From NCBI GenBank assembly GCA_016198755.1, contig JACQIB010000005.1:191271-255270 (forward strand): 64,000 nucleotides of DNA, given 5' to 3'. The translations under genes were made by a program, and so were the position numbers. Positions 28,591 to 38,077 of this stretch are shown one piece after another. Under the pieces are notes generated by a model. That model did not search any database and had not been told where the DNA came from. It saw only the letters and a list, made by a program, of their open reading frames with translations. This stretch comes from Candidatus Aenigmatarchaeota archaeon. Its GTDB lineage: Archaea; Aenigmatarchaeota; Aenigmatarchaeia; Aenigmatarchaeales; JACQIB01. Numbering within the stretch: position 1 is the stretch's first letter; every line of letters starts with the position of its first letter.

Positions 28591-29811
28591 TTATGTTTTA
28601 GCTGGAAGTAAAGAAACGGTCCCATTAAATTCACCGCCGCCAAGCCTTGACTGGACTTCTCTCACTGCACTTGCAAGTTCACTGTCATCATCTATTCCAT
28701 AAACAAATGTTTTATTCAATTCACCCATTCTTATGGTTAGGTCTGCAGAATGCTGAAGTTCCAAATCCTTATAGGGAGCAACTTTTCTTCCTTCCAGAAC
28801 TGGAGTTTCAATTGCAGGGTTAGGGGGCTTGTGTTTTTTTACCTCAAACGGGCTTTTTGTTAGTCTTTCCAATTCTTTCACAACAACTTCAGGCTCAGCT
28901 TTAACTGTTCCATAAGATTGAAAACCATCCATACTGAAAATCCTTTCTGCAAGCTCCCCTGTTTTTCTGGCAAGCCATTCAAATTCCATATCCACCATCT
29001 GGAAAAGGTTTTGCATGTTAACAAATCCTCTCTTATGCAGCTCCTTTGCTACTCTTCCGACAAAAGCTTCCTTTGCCATAAGCCCAGGATCCCTGTAAAA
29101 CTTTTCGTACATCTTTGTACGCGCTTCCAAAAACTCCCCAACAACATGGGAATCTCCAAAAACAATCCTTCCATTAACTATAGAAACAGATTCGAATGGA
29201 TCTGGCATATATCTATCAGTCCATGTAAATGGTAGTTGGCCTAATTTGCATGCATCCAAAGCAACGTAACTCCACCTGTCCACATCTATCGAATTTTGAC
29301 TGTTAACCAGCTGCCCAAGAGGTGAGCTATCTTTCCCGCGCACAAGGTTTACAACCCTCTCTTTCTCTATCCCGTGCCTTCTAAGGTATTCTAAAGCTTT
29401 CGGGGAACTGTTAAGTACTTTTTCAAAGAGATCCTCATCACTTATCCCTAATGCTTTTGCAACAGAATCTGAAAGAGGAGGGGATGCTATATCATGCAGC
29501 ATTGCCACTGTTACTGCAAGTTTTCTATCCAACCCAAGTGTTTGAGCTATATAATCTATCTGCGTTGCAAAAACCAATGAGTGGAGATAGCGTGTGTGTT
29601 CTGCGGGAATGCCTTTTGCAGTCTGGCTAACCAGCCCAAGTTGTTTTACACGACTCAGTCTAGCTACTGCTGGAATAACACCCAATTCCCTGTAAAGGCT
29701 GCGTCCATAGTTTATTATAGTACTTGTTTGCGGAACAACAACTGGATCATCAATCCTATCCATTAATCGCATCCATTGTCTTGTGTTGCTGTATCGTGTA
29801 ATTTCTCTCAT
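28591..29811 (-). CDS. HD-domain phosphohydrolase (dNTP triphosphohydrolase-like)
   Basis: RL..VKQLG, HTRYLHSL, LHD, DVDR. Confidence 0.85.
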   Translation of the reverse strand: MREITRYSNTRQWMRLMDRIDDPVVVPQTSTIINYGRSLYRELGVIPAVARLSRVKQLGLVSQTAKGIPAEHTRYLHSLVFATQIDYIAQTLGLDRKLAVTVAMLHDIASPPLSDSVAKALGISDEDLFEKVLNSSPKALEYLRRHGIEKERVVNLVRGKDSSPLGQLVNSQNSIDVDRWSYVALDACKLGQLPFTWTDRYMPDPFESVSIVNGRIVFGDSHVVGEFLEARTKMYEKFYRDPGLMAKEAFVGRVAKELHKRGFVNMQNLFQMVDMEFEWLARKTGELAERIFSMDGFQSYGTVKAEPEVVVKELERLTKSPFEVKKHKPPNPAIETPVLEGRKVAPYKDLELQHSADLTIRMGELNKTFVYGIDDDSELASAVREVQSRLGGGEFNGTVSLLPAKT

Positions 29812-29844
29812 AATTCTACATGGATGCAAAAGCTTAAGTGCACA

Positions 29845-29974
29845 TGGTGGGCCCGCTGTGATTTGAAATCCTGCTTTGCAGACACAGGTCGCCAGCATTT
29901 CGGCTTCTCTTAAGCTTGAGTGTCCCCAAGCTGGTATCCTACCATTCTAGCGCATGTAGCTAGACTACGGGCCC
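29845..29974 (-). tRNA. tRNA-Pro(GGG) with three introns (29945-29957 D-loop; 29898-29923 at 37/38; 29868-29882 at 53/54)
   Basis: Removing three BHB-flanked inserts gives a 76-nt cloverleaf with encoded CCA. Confidence 0.9.
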
Positions 29975-30027
29975 AGATATATTCTACTTAAAGTAGGTTT
30001 AAATATGAAAACATTCATATCACTACA

Positions 30028-30726
30028 ATGAAAATAATTTTGGTGATGCTCTCTTTGGTGGTGGTAGCTGGCTGTACAATAGGTAGCAAATCTGTCGGCA
30101 ATGTTCCTGAAGAGGTTTTTAAGAACTGGCTAGTTAGCTCCGGGCTTTTTACTACCGATTATGTGAATCAGCACTTTACAAATTTTATTGTAACTGGTGA
30201 AGTGAAGGTGGAAGATAAGTGTCCTTCAAGTAAAATACAAACAAAAAAGAATGTTGTAGAAAATATAATAACGTTGGAATGCAAAGAACCAAACGAAAAT
30301 ACATTTAATATATATAAAATAGATAAAAGGTTTTTGGGCTATTCTGTTGTGTCTGTGAGATATTCTGTTGTTGTGGATGGGATAGATTTATGCTCTGCCA
30401 TAGAATGCAGTGCAGACATTTACAAATCTCCGGATGGTAATATGACGGATATCAAATATGTATATGGAGTGCTGCGGGAATACCCAGTTAAAGTTTCCAG
30501 GGAACAGGCTATTGAAATAATGAAAAGAGACGCTGATTGTAAATATGCAAATCCTTCACTATCTTTGGGGGGTCCTAATGACAGGTATACTATCAATAAA
30601 GGGTTGGAACTCAGCAGCTATCCTTTCCTTTGGTCTGGTGCTGTAGCTGTGAATGGTTTTTGTAGCTTCAGTTGTACGGTAGATATAAATAGCGGTGCTT
30701 TCTATAAAGAAAAGGCTTGCATATAG
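30028..30726 (+). CDS. Putative lipoprotein
   Basis: VVAGC lipobox-like; Cys pairs. Confidence 0.7.
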   Translation: MKIILVMLSLVVVAGCTIGSKSVGNVPEEVFKNWLVSSGLFTTDYVNQHFTNFIVTGEVKVEDKCPSSKIQTKKNVVENIITLECKEPNENTFNIYKIDKRFLGYSVVSVRYSVVVDGIDLCSAIECSADIYKSPDGNMTDIKYVYGVLREYPVKVSREQAIEIMKRDADCKYANPSLSLGGPNDRYTINKGLELSSYPFLWSGAVAVNGFCSFSCTVDINSGAFYKEKACI

Positions 30727-30793
30727 GTTTGTTATTACTCTATCTTTCTCTTTATTTCTTCAATGTTATTAATACATATCAATATGCACAAAA

Positions 30794-31258
30794 TCACTGC
30801 TTCTTTTTCATGAATTTGTAAGCCATAATAATGTGGTTTTTAACCTGCGGCGGAAAGTCAAAGTTTTTCAGCTCTTTAATATCCACCCATTTGCAGCTTA
30901 TAGTGTCGTCAAGCGGCCTTGCTTTTCCTGACTTGTACCTGCATGCAAAAACAAGCTCAACCACATGCTCACCTGTTGAGCGGATAAATGTATTATTAAC
31001 AACTAAATGAACATTATTTTTAATAGCCACTCCAACCTCTTCCTTAATCTCCTTTCTCAGAGTTTTTTCAATGACTCCATATACACCACCTTTGGTTTTT
31101 TCAACCTTTCCCCCAGGTATTGTCCACTTGCCAGGCATGTGAGTTTCCTTCCAGCTCCTCTGGGAAATTAGAACTTTATCTCCCCTGAAAACTGCGCCGT
31201 TTACAAGAAGTACATGCAGTTTATTTTTTGCTGAATCATATACTTTTCCTTTATTCAC
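30794..31258 (-). CDS. NUDIX hydrolase
   Basis: PGGKVE...L.KEIKEEVGV. Confidence 0.9.
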   Translation of the reverse strand: MNKGKVYDSAKNKLHVLLVNGAVFRGDKVLISQRSWKETHMPGKWTIPGGKVEKTKGGVYGVIEKTLRKEIKEEVGVAIKNNVHLVVNNTFIRSTGEHVVELVFACRYKSGKARPLDDTISCKWVDIKELKNFDFPPQVKNHIIMAYKFMKKKQ

Positions 31259-31336
31259 AATAAACTGTTTCGCAAAGCCTGCTTAAATACAAAGCTATTT
31301 ATTAATTAGCGAATCAAAAATGTGGCTGGGAATAAA

Positions 31337-32053
31337 ATGGATTATTTGATTTTTGCACTGGCGGGTGTAACATTCCTGTCAACACTGGCTGGAGGAGCTC
31401 TGGCTTTAAAGAATAGAAAAATGCTTCCTTACCTGTTTGCATTTGCTGCAGGGAGTTTAATTGCGGTTTCTATGCTTGATCTGCTTCCTGAAAGCCTTTC
31501 TCTCGCCTCCTCAATAAACATGCCAATAAGGTATCCGCTGATAGCTGTTGTTGTTTCCTTTCTTGTCTACAGCCTTTTGGAAAGGTTTTTCCTTACACAC
31601 CACCATGATGATGAACATCCGCACATAATGGGACCTGTTGGGGCTGGGGGGCTTGTTTTGCATAGTTTTCTGGACGGTGCAGCAATAGGCGCAGCCTACC
31701 AGATAAACCCTTCTATAGGTCTGGTAGTGGCATTGGCAGTGATTTTCCATGATTTTACTGATGGAGTAAACACTGTAACTTTAATGCTGAAAAATAAGCA
31801 TTCAATTAAAAATTCCATGTTGTTTTTGGGCGCAGATGCTTTAGCTCCTGTTATTGGAGTTTTGTTTACATCCTTTGTTTCAATAAGCCAGAATTGGCTC
31901 TCTCTTTTACTTGCATTCTTTGTAGGTGAGTTCCTGTATATAGGGGCAGCTAACCTTTTACCAGAAACATACAAACATGGACAGGCAAAAGAAATGATGC
32001 TTGCTATGGGGCTGGGAATAGGTATAATTTTAGTTCTTACTTCTTTGGTTTGA
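31337..32053 (+). CDS. ZIP family metal transporter
   Basis: HHHDDEHPH loop, LHSFLDG, HDFTDG. Confidence 0.92.
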   Translation: MDYLIFALAGVTFLSTLAGGALALKNRKMLPYLFAFAAGSLIAVSMLDLLPESLSLASSINMPIRYPLIAVVVSFLVYSLLERFFLTHHHDDEHPHIMGPVGAGGLVLHSFLDGAAIGAAYQINPSIGLVVALAVIFHDFTDGVNTVTLMLKNKHSIKNSMLFLGADALAPVIGVLFTSFVSISQNWLSLLLAFFVGEFLYIGAANLLPETYKHGQAKEMMLAMGLGIGIILVLTSLV

Positions 32054-32059
32054 ACTGTT

Positions 32060-32590
32060 TTAAGAAACATAGATTATTGTTGTAAACTTGTTGTTTCCTT
32101 CATTAGACTCTGCAATCCTGTTGTCTGGATCAACAAAAGCAATAACCTCGTAGTTGCCGGGTATTTTTGCAGAAACATTGCATGAAGCCTGATATATTTT
32201 CCCTGGCATAGTCTCAAAATAGCCTGTTGGACCTGGGTATACACAAGCATATTTAGCGCTTGAGTTTGTTGGCAAAGAATAATCTACTCTTACACGCACA
32301 CCGGTAACATTTACTTCCCCTGTATTCAGCACATACATTAGAGGTTTTCTGTTTCCATCCTCAAAACTCACTATCTCAACAGTAAGGTCTGGCTTTGGCT
32401 GGATTGTAGTAGTGGTTGTGGTTTTTGCTGTAGTTGCAGTTTCATTGACTATAGTTGCTGTCGTAGTTGTAGGTGAGGCTGCTGTTGTAGTTGTTGTGGT
32501 TGTGTCTGCTACCGCATTCCCGGTTGCTTGTGAAGTGCAGCCTGCTGCCAGCGCAACTAAAATTAAGGCAGTGACAATTAACTTTACCAT
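32060..32590 (-). CDS. Lipoprotein with Thr-rich linker and CARDB domain
   Basis: AAGC; KPDL...VDPDNRIAESNEGNN. Confidence 0.85.
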   Translation of the reverse strand: MVKLIVTALILVALAAGCTSQATGNAVADTTTTTTTAASPTTTTATIVNETATTAKTTTTTTIQPKPDLTVEIVSFEDGNRKPLMYVLNTGEVNVTGVRVRVDYSLPTNSSAKYACVYPGPTGYFETMPGKIYQASCNVSAKIPGNYEVIAFVDPDNRIAESNEGNNKFTTIIYVS

Positions 32591-32623
32591 GCTTTTCCTT
32601 CGTTAGAAATCCTTATAAGCTTA

Positions 32624-32819
32624 TCAGCGCCTGAATTTTGACATCTGCTGAAGCAGGTCTACATGCGTTAAGAAAAGTGAGCGGCAGCAAAATCTTTTCA
32701 CTCCTAAATCATCCATAACTTTCTTTGCCTCCTCTCCGGACTCTACCCTCTTCTGGTAGCCCTCCCAGAGCTGTGCTACTGGCTTCCCGCAGCTAAAGAC
32801 AGCGGATTGGTATCAACAT
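32624..32819 (-). CDS. rpoN: RNA polymerase subunit N (Rpo10), interrupted by a +1 frameshift after codon 7-8
   Basis: ATG TTG ATA CCA ATC CGC TGT C TTT AGC TGC GGG AAG...; +1 frame gives SCGKPVAQLW...LGVKRFCCRSLFLTHVDL; span 196 nt. Confidence 0.9.
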
Positions 32820-32820
32820 T

Positions 32821-34161
32821 CTATCCTTCCCTCCTTAATTCTGTTATTCCTTTTGGTGTCATATAAACTCTCTTTGGATAGTCAGTACACTCAACGTATT
32901 TAAACCTTTCCAAAAATTTAATTTGAGCATATAATTTTCTCCTGTTTATAATTTTAGCCAATTCTGTTATTCTCTTTCCTTCATTATTTTTTACTATATA
33001 TAATATATTGGTGAATTTTTTATCCAAGTGTCCGTCGCCTAAACAAAGCAGTCTTGCTTTGTTTTTTTTATCTTCCTGCTTAAGGAAAGGCAATATTAAA
33101 GTTGAGACTGCTAATGTATTGTTTGTTATCAAAGAACCACCATCATATCTATTAAACATATTATATTTTTTTAAATATTTCTCATAAATCTTTACTTTTT
33201 CCATGTTTTGACAAGCCCATCTAAAATAATTATCCTCGAACGATACATTGCCTTCTGCATCAAATAAACCCGCAAAGAAAATGTTTCTATATGGCAACAG
33301 CCTTAATACTGTATCTAGATTCTTATTAAGGTAGTCGAAAAACTTTTTAAGTATGCCATTTACTGAATATACGCAAACAACCCAATCCCCTTTTGGTAGA
33401 TTTACTCTGGATACTTTACAAAATTTAAAGTGAAAATTAGGTATTTTTAGTTTTTTGGGATTTTTATAAAGGTACAGTTCGTATTTAGGTTTTTGATAAA
33501 TATTATGTTCCAAATATTTATGTGACCAATTAAGTAATGACATAGACTTATTAATTATACCTACTCTTCCACCTCCCACTCTATCGCCACACCAAAGACC
33601 AAAAAAGTAGTGAAAATTAGAATCTAACGATACTTTTCTTGGCAATGTTATAGTAAAATGGTGCTTCTTTCCTTTTGTATAAATTGTGTGTTTTATTGTT
33701 AATTTGTTACCATCTTTTTTTATATTTTCTAAAGTTTTGGTTCCAAAATATACAAGCTTTTTATAAGAATTAAACCATTTCTCTAAATCTATAAAATCTC
33801 CATCTATAACGTCTTCTATGTGGGGTATTTCTGATCTCCATTTTTTAAGTTGTTCTCTTCTGCATGCTCTCCCTATAATTAGACCTTTATGCCTAAGTTC
33901 TTTTGGCTTGTAATATATTACTATATTATTTTGTAATGCATCTTCATTTATTTTGAGTAGTCTTATACATAATTTTAATACTTGTAATGAAATGGCGACA
34001 TTTTGTTTATTTTTATAGGAGTATAGTGATGGACTCGAAATTTTTAATTTCCTTAATAGAAATTTGCGTCCGTATAGATTGATTAATTTGCTGAACAATG
34101 TTGCTCTAAAATCATTTTTAAGAACTATCATTTCATCATTTTCATGATATTTATTTATCAT
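32821..34161 (-). mobile_element. Free-standing LAGLIDADG endonuclease-like gene
   Basis: YFFGLWCGD and FFAGLFDAEG motifs, C-terminal wHTH-like segment; visibly AT-richer than flanks; splits rps9-rpoN. Confidence 0.8.
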
Positions 34162-34236
34162 ATAATTACCTTAATACTTACATCTTATAGGTATTAGAAT
34201 ACTGACTTAAATATATTAATATATTGTAAAGTATAT

Positions 34237-34677
34237 TTAGCGCTTACTGCGTTGTTTATGCCTGCGTGGCCCGGCTTTTGACCTTGAAGGCTTGTGAGGC
34301 TCGTTTCTTCTGAAATCTGAAACTAAAAGTGTTCTGTCATACTGTAAAAAGGGCTGTTTAAGATCCTTATGAAAACCTAACAAAGAAAGTGCGATTGCCT
34401 GCCTTACTGCTTCAGCCTGGCCAATAATTCCCCCGCCTGAAACATTAACTGAAATGTCAACATCTTTTCCCTTTTCACCAGCCAAAATCAATGGCTCGCT
34501 CATCATTAACCTTGGAAGCTCTGGAAAAACTTCAAGTGGAGCAGAGTTCACAACAACCTTTCCTGTCCCAATCCTTGCAACCGCGCGTGCAATAGCAGCC
34601 CTTCTTGCACCGGTAACCAAAACCCTTTTCTCAGGCTTTTTTTTCTGCTCTTTTTTCTCTGTTTGCTGATTTTCCAT
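34237..34677 (-). CDS. rps9: 30S ribosomal protein S9
   Basis: GGGIIGQAEAVRQAIA, YDRTLLV.D.R, QRSKR. Confidence 0.97.
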   Translation of the reverse strand: MENQQTEKKEQKKKPEKRVLVTGARRAAIARAVARIGTGKVVVNSAPLEVFPELPRLMMSEPLILAGEKGKDVDISVNVSGGGIIGQAEAVRQAIALSLLGFHKDLKQPFLQYDRTLLVSDFRRNEPHKPSRSKAGPRRHKQRSKR

Positions 34678-35109
34678 TTATTCCCACCTTGGCTTTGCGC
34701 CCAGTGATTTTGAAAGATCACCGATAGTAATATACTTGCTCTCTATATCCTCAATAGTTTTGGCATTTATTTTCACTGCTTTTTCTTTTAGATTATCAGG
34801 GTCTCCCATGAAAACCTTTAGCCTTTTCAGTGCTGTTTCTCCCCTTGATTGCTTATATGGCAGCATTCCCCTCACAACTCTTTTCAGTATCATGTCAGGA
34901 TAGCGCGGGTAGAAAGGTCCTTTAATCCTGTCTCCCCTTTCCCTTTTATCATAAAACCTGTTTTCTATAACGCCTTTTTCCCCTGTTATAATTGCATTTT
35001 CAGCGTTTATCACAACAATAGTTTCCCCTTCCAAAAGCCTTTTAGCTAAAACAGTTGCAAGCCTTCCCATAACAGCTCCGTCTGCATTTACAACAATCAT
35101 TTTTCTCAC
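34678..35109 (-). CDS. rpl13: 50S ribosomal protein L13
   Basis: GRLA...AK.LL.G, VRGMLP. Confidence 0.97.
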   Translation of the reverse strand: MRKMIVVNADGAVMGRLATVLAKRLLEGETIVVINAENAIITGEKGVIENRFYDKRERGDRIKGPFYPRYPDMILKRVVRGMLPYKQSRGETALKRLKVFMGDPDNLKEKAVKINAKTIEDIESKYITIGDLSKSLGAKPRWE

Positions 35110-35459
35110 TTTAAAATCCTGATTTTTGCCTTTGATTTTTTAACTTCCTCTATTCCCAAAGCCTTTCCGCCTGCCTTTTCTATTGCTTTGCGCGCGGAAG
35201 CTGAAAAGCCTGAAGCATAAACAGTAAGTTTTTTGCTAATAGAACCTGGACCCAGAACCTTTCCTGGCACAGCAACAGTCTCTCCCTCTTCTGCTATCCT
35301 TTCCAGTCTGGAAACAGAAAGCTCAGGCTTCTGGTTCTCTGGCCTGTTTAGCTCCTTTCCTAGGGCAAGCAAAAACTTATCTCCTTTAAACCCTTCCTGC
35401 TTTAGCTCTCTTATTGTTTCCTGAAGCAAAGGGTTTGTAGGCCCTGTTGGCTTTGGCAT
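35106..35459 (-). CDS. rpl18e: 50S ribosomal protein L18e
   Basis: TNP.L, VPGKVLG.G, FSASA..AI..AGG. Confidence 0.95.
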   Translation of the reverse strand: MPKPTGPTNPLLQETIRELKQEGFKGDKFLLALGKELNRPENQKPELSVSRLERIAEEGETVAVPGKVLGPGSISKKLTVYASGFSASARKAIEKAGGKALGIEEVKKSKAKIRILK

Positions 35460-35522
35460 AGGCTATAGAAGGTTTATGAAGGTTTATATAGGTTTCTGCA
35501 CTGCCCGAGAAGTAAGCTGCAA

Positions 35523-36794
35523 CTACCTTATCCATGCCTCGTTGGCTGCAGGTGGTGTTAATGGACACTCTCTTACTCCTGTGGCAAGGCTTATTTCTGT
35601 GTCTGACAACAATCTTAGAAATATATGGATATTCTGTTCGCGGTCATAATAACAAACAGTATTTCCGGCTGTTACCTTTTCAGGCTTGACAACGCCTGCG
35701 TTTGCATCGCGGATGAAAAATCTGGGCTGGTTATCCCTGACAATTTCCAAATCAACCATATCTGCAAAGCTGGCAACAGCCAGCCTGGAACCCTGCACTT
35801 CAGTTGAATTTCCCTGAAACCATCCGCCAGAAAGTGTTCCAGGAATGTCCCTGGAAACTGTGCGGCAACTGGGCTTGTCACTGTCCCTTGATTTTAACAG
35901 TAAAGAATAATATTCACTTTTCAGATTATCTGTATAGTAGTCATATGGACAAACGCCATGTTTTGAATGATCAGAAGTCCATCTGGAAGGGTTGATAAAA
36001 GTTTCATTGTGTGCAGTGTTCAGAACAAAGAAGTCCCAATTTCCATTAATAAAATTCCTGTCCGTATATCCGACCAATTCACCTGCAGTCACAGGAATGG
36101 AAACCATGGCCCCTGTTCCTGTATTGTTGGCTGGAGTAGCAGGTGAAACTCCCTTAAACCTATCAGCAATAGCTGCCAAATGATCGAACGCGTAGGTTAC
36201 TTCACAGCTTACTTGAAAATCAAGGCGATATTCAGCACGTACCATCTGGTCGCGAAGGGTGCGGTTAGAATATGTTATTTTTTTCAGTGTGGAATTAATT
36301 GGAGCGTATACAGGAACCAGAACAGTGCTATTTTCCTGTTTCATATTTATATAGGTGCGCACCTGTGTTCCGGGGTTCCCAAATGGGAGGTTGCCAACAG
36401 GGAAAATGTTCAGGATTTTTGAATTGTCTGTAAAAGCTGCTGTAAATGTTGGGTTTGGGTTGCTTGTGCATGTTTCTTTTATTGGTTCTATCTTTAATGT
36501 GGTTCCTGTCTGGTTGTTTTGCTGTGGCTGGATGGAAGTCTGTGATTGTATGACTATTTCACACAGTGCATTGTTTTTATTTTGCTCACAGTAGGAAATA
36601 CAGCGTCCCATGTTTGACAGGCAGAAATATGCGCACTCAGCCTCCCCAGAGCAGAGGCTGCCTAATGAGAGGGTGGATGTATTGGATCCTTTTTCTGCTT
36701 GCCCTTTTCCAGCAAGCTGCTGTGTGCATCCGCTGGCCAGGACTATAAAAACAACTGAAACAACCAGTATCAGCAATCCTGTGTTTGTTTTCAT
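35523..36794 (-). CDS. Putative lipoprotein with Cys-rich segment and M23-like hybrid fold
   Basis: LASGC; VPVYAP...FDHL...VTAGELVGY. Confidence 0.6.
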   Translation of the reverse strand: MKTNTGLLILVVSVVFIVLASGCTQQLAGKGQAEKGSNTSTLSLGSLCSGEAECAYFCLSNMGRCISYCEQNKNNALCEIVIQSQTSIQPQQNNQTGTTLKIEPIKETCTSNPNPTFTAAFTDNSKILNIFPVGNLPFGNPGTQVRTYINMKQENSTVLVPVYAPINSTLKKITYSNRTLRDQMVRAEYRLDFQVSCEVTYAFDHLAAIADRFKGVSPATPANNTGTGAMVSIPVTAGELVGYTDRNFINGNWDFFVLNTAHNETFINPSRWTSDHSKHGVCPYDYYTDNLKSEYYSLLLKSRDSDKPSCRTVSRDIPGTLSGGWFQGNSTEVQGSRLAVASFADMVDLEIVRDNQPRFFIRDANAGVVKPEKVTAGNTVCYYDREQNIHIFLRLLSDTEISLATGVRECPLTPPAANEAWIR

Positions 36795-36870
36795 TTTAGA
36801 ACATTGTTTTTCCTACTATAATAATCTTCTAAGAATGAAGCCTTATAAAGTTTCAATGTTAATCCGTGAC

Positions 36871-37434
36871 ATGGTAAGGATAAACAAACCTGTTCCTGAG
36901 ATGGAATTTGAAGCTTTTCAGGATAATGATACAAAGAAGTTAAATTTTTCAGGTTTTAAGGGAAAGTGGATTGTGCTTGTTTTCTATCCTGCAGACTTTA
37001 CATTTATCTGCCCAACTGAACTGGAAGAAGCTGCCAATCTATATAAAGATTTTCAGGCGTTGGGCGCTGAAATTCTTTCAGTAAGCACAGACACTGTTTT
37101 TGTGCACAAGGCATGGCATGACTCTTCTCCTGCAATAAAAAAGGTTAATTTCCCGATGGTAGCTGATCCAACAGGAAAGATTTGTAGGGAATTTGGAACC
37201 TATATTGAGGATGAGGGGCTTTCCCTGAGAGCCAGTTTTATTATAGATCCTGACGGAGTTTTAAAATCCATGGAAATGCACTCAAACAATGTTGGACGGA
37301 GTGTAAAGGAAATTTTAAGGAAACTTACTGCTTTGACTTATGTACGCGAAAATAAAGGGGAAGTTTGTCCTGTTAACTGGGAACCTGGGAAAAAGACACT
37401 GAAACCTGGATTGGATTTGGTTGGTAAAATCTAA
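36871..37434 (+). CDS. ahpC: 2-Cys peroxiredoxin
   Basis: FYPADFTFICPTE, GEVCPVNW. Confidence 0.96.
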   Translation: MVRINKPVPEMEFEAFQDNDTKKLNFSGFKGKWIVLVFYPADFTFICPTELEEAANLYKDFQALGAEILSVSTDTVFVHKAWHDSSPAIKKVNFPMVADPTGKICREFGTYIEDEGLSLRASFIIDPDGVLKSMEMHSNNVGRSVKEILRKLTALTYVRENKGEVCPVNWEPGKKTLKPGLDLVGKI

Positions 37435-37491
37435 GGCGTGGTATAAAGCTTTATATTGGTTGGGTGCAAAAACTATAACGGTGTTATAATT

Positions 37492-38073
37492 ATGGCATTT
37501 GTTGCGCAAAACTTTGATATGTTGCTGGGAACAGCTGGTTTTAGCGAAACCCTTCTGAAAAACCACTTTACTTTGTATCAGGGATATGTAACAAATTCTA
37601 ACAAACTTTCAGATATTCTTGCTGTAATGGCAAAGGAAGGGAAGACTGGACCAGAGTTTGCTGAGTTAAAAAGAAGGTTTGGTTGGGAGTTTAATGGGAT
37701 GAGATTACACGAGCTTTATTTTGGGAATATGGTTAAAGAAGGAAAGGCTGTTAATCAGAACTCTGCTTTGTACAAGAAAATTATTGAAGATTTTGGCTCA
37801 TGGGAAAACTGGGAAAAGGATTTTAAATCTCTTGGAGCAATGAGGGGAATAGGCTGGGCAATACTTTATTATGACCCGCAGAGCAAAAGGCTTTTTAATG
37901 TCTGGATAAATGAGCATGATGTTGGGCACTTGTCTGGAGCTGTTCCCTTGCTGGTGCTGGATATTTTCGAGCATGCCTATATGCTGGATTATGGGTTAAA
38001 AAGAACTGACTATATTGAAGCTTTTTTTAAGGCTGTTGACTGGGCTGTTGTAGAGAGAAGGTTTTTAGAGTGA
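37492..38073 (+). CDS. sod: Fe/Mn superoxide dismutase
   Basis: HFTLYQGYV, LHELYF, DIFEHAY. Confidence 0.93.
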   Translation: MAFVAQNFDMLLGTAGFSETLLKNHFTLYQGYVTNSNKLSDILAVMAKEGKTGPEFAELKRRFGWEFNGMRLHELYFGNMVKEGKAVNQNSALYKKIIEDFGSWENWEKDFKSLGAMRGIGWAILYYDPQSKRLFNVWINEHDVGHLSGAVPLLVLDIFEHAYMLDYGLKRTDYIEAFFKAVDWAVVERRFLE

Positions 38074-38077
38074 TTTG

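Noticed and set aside
29812-29898. N-terminal extension of the HD-domain ORF
   Set aside because: Runs into tRNA-Pro; the real start is downstream
32821-34161. Intein or intron-encoded endonuclease
   Set aside because: No Cys/Ser start, no His-Asn end, no host exteins, and no flanking BHB or group I structure recognised
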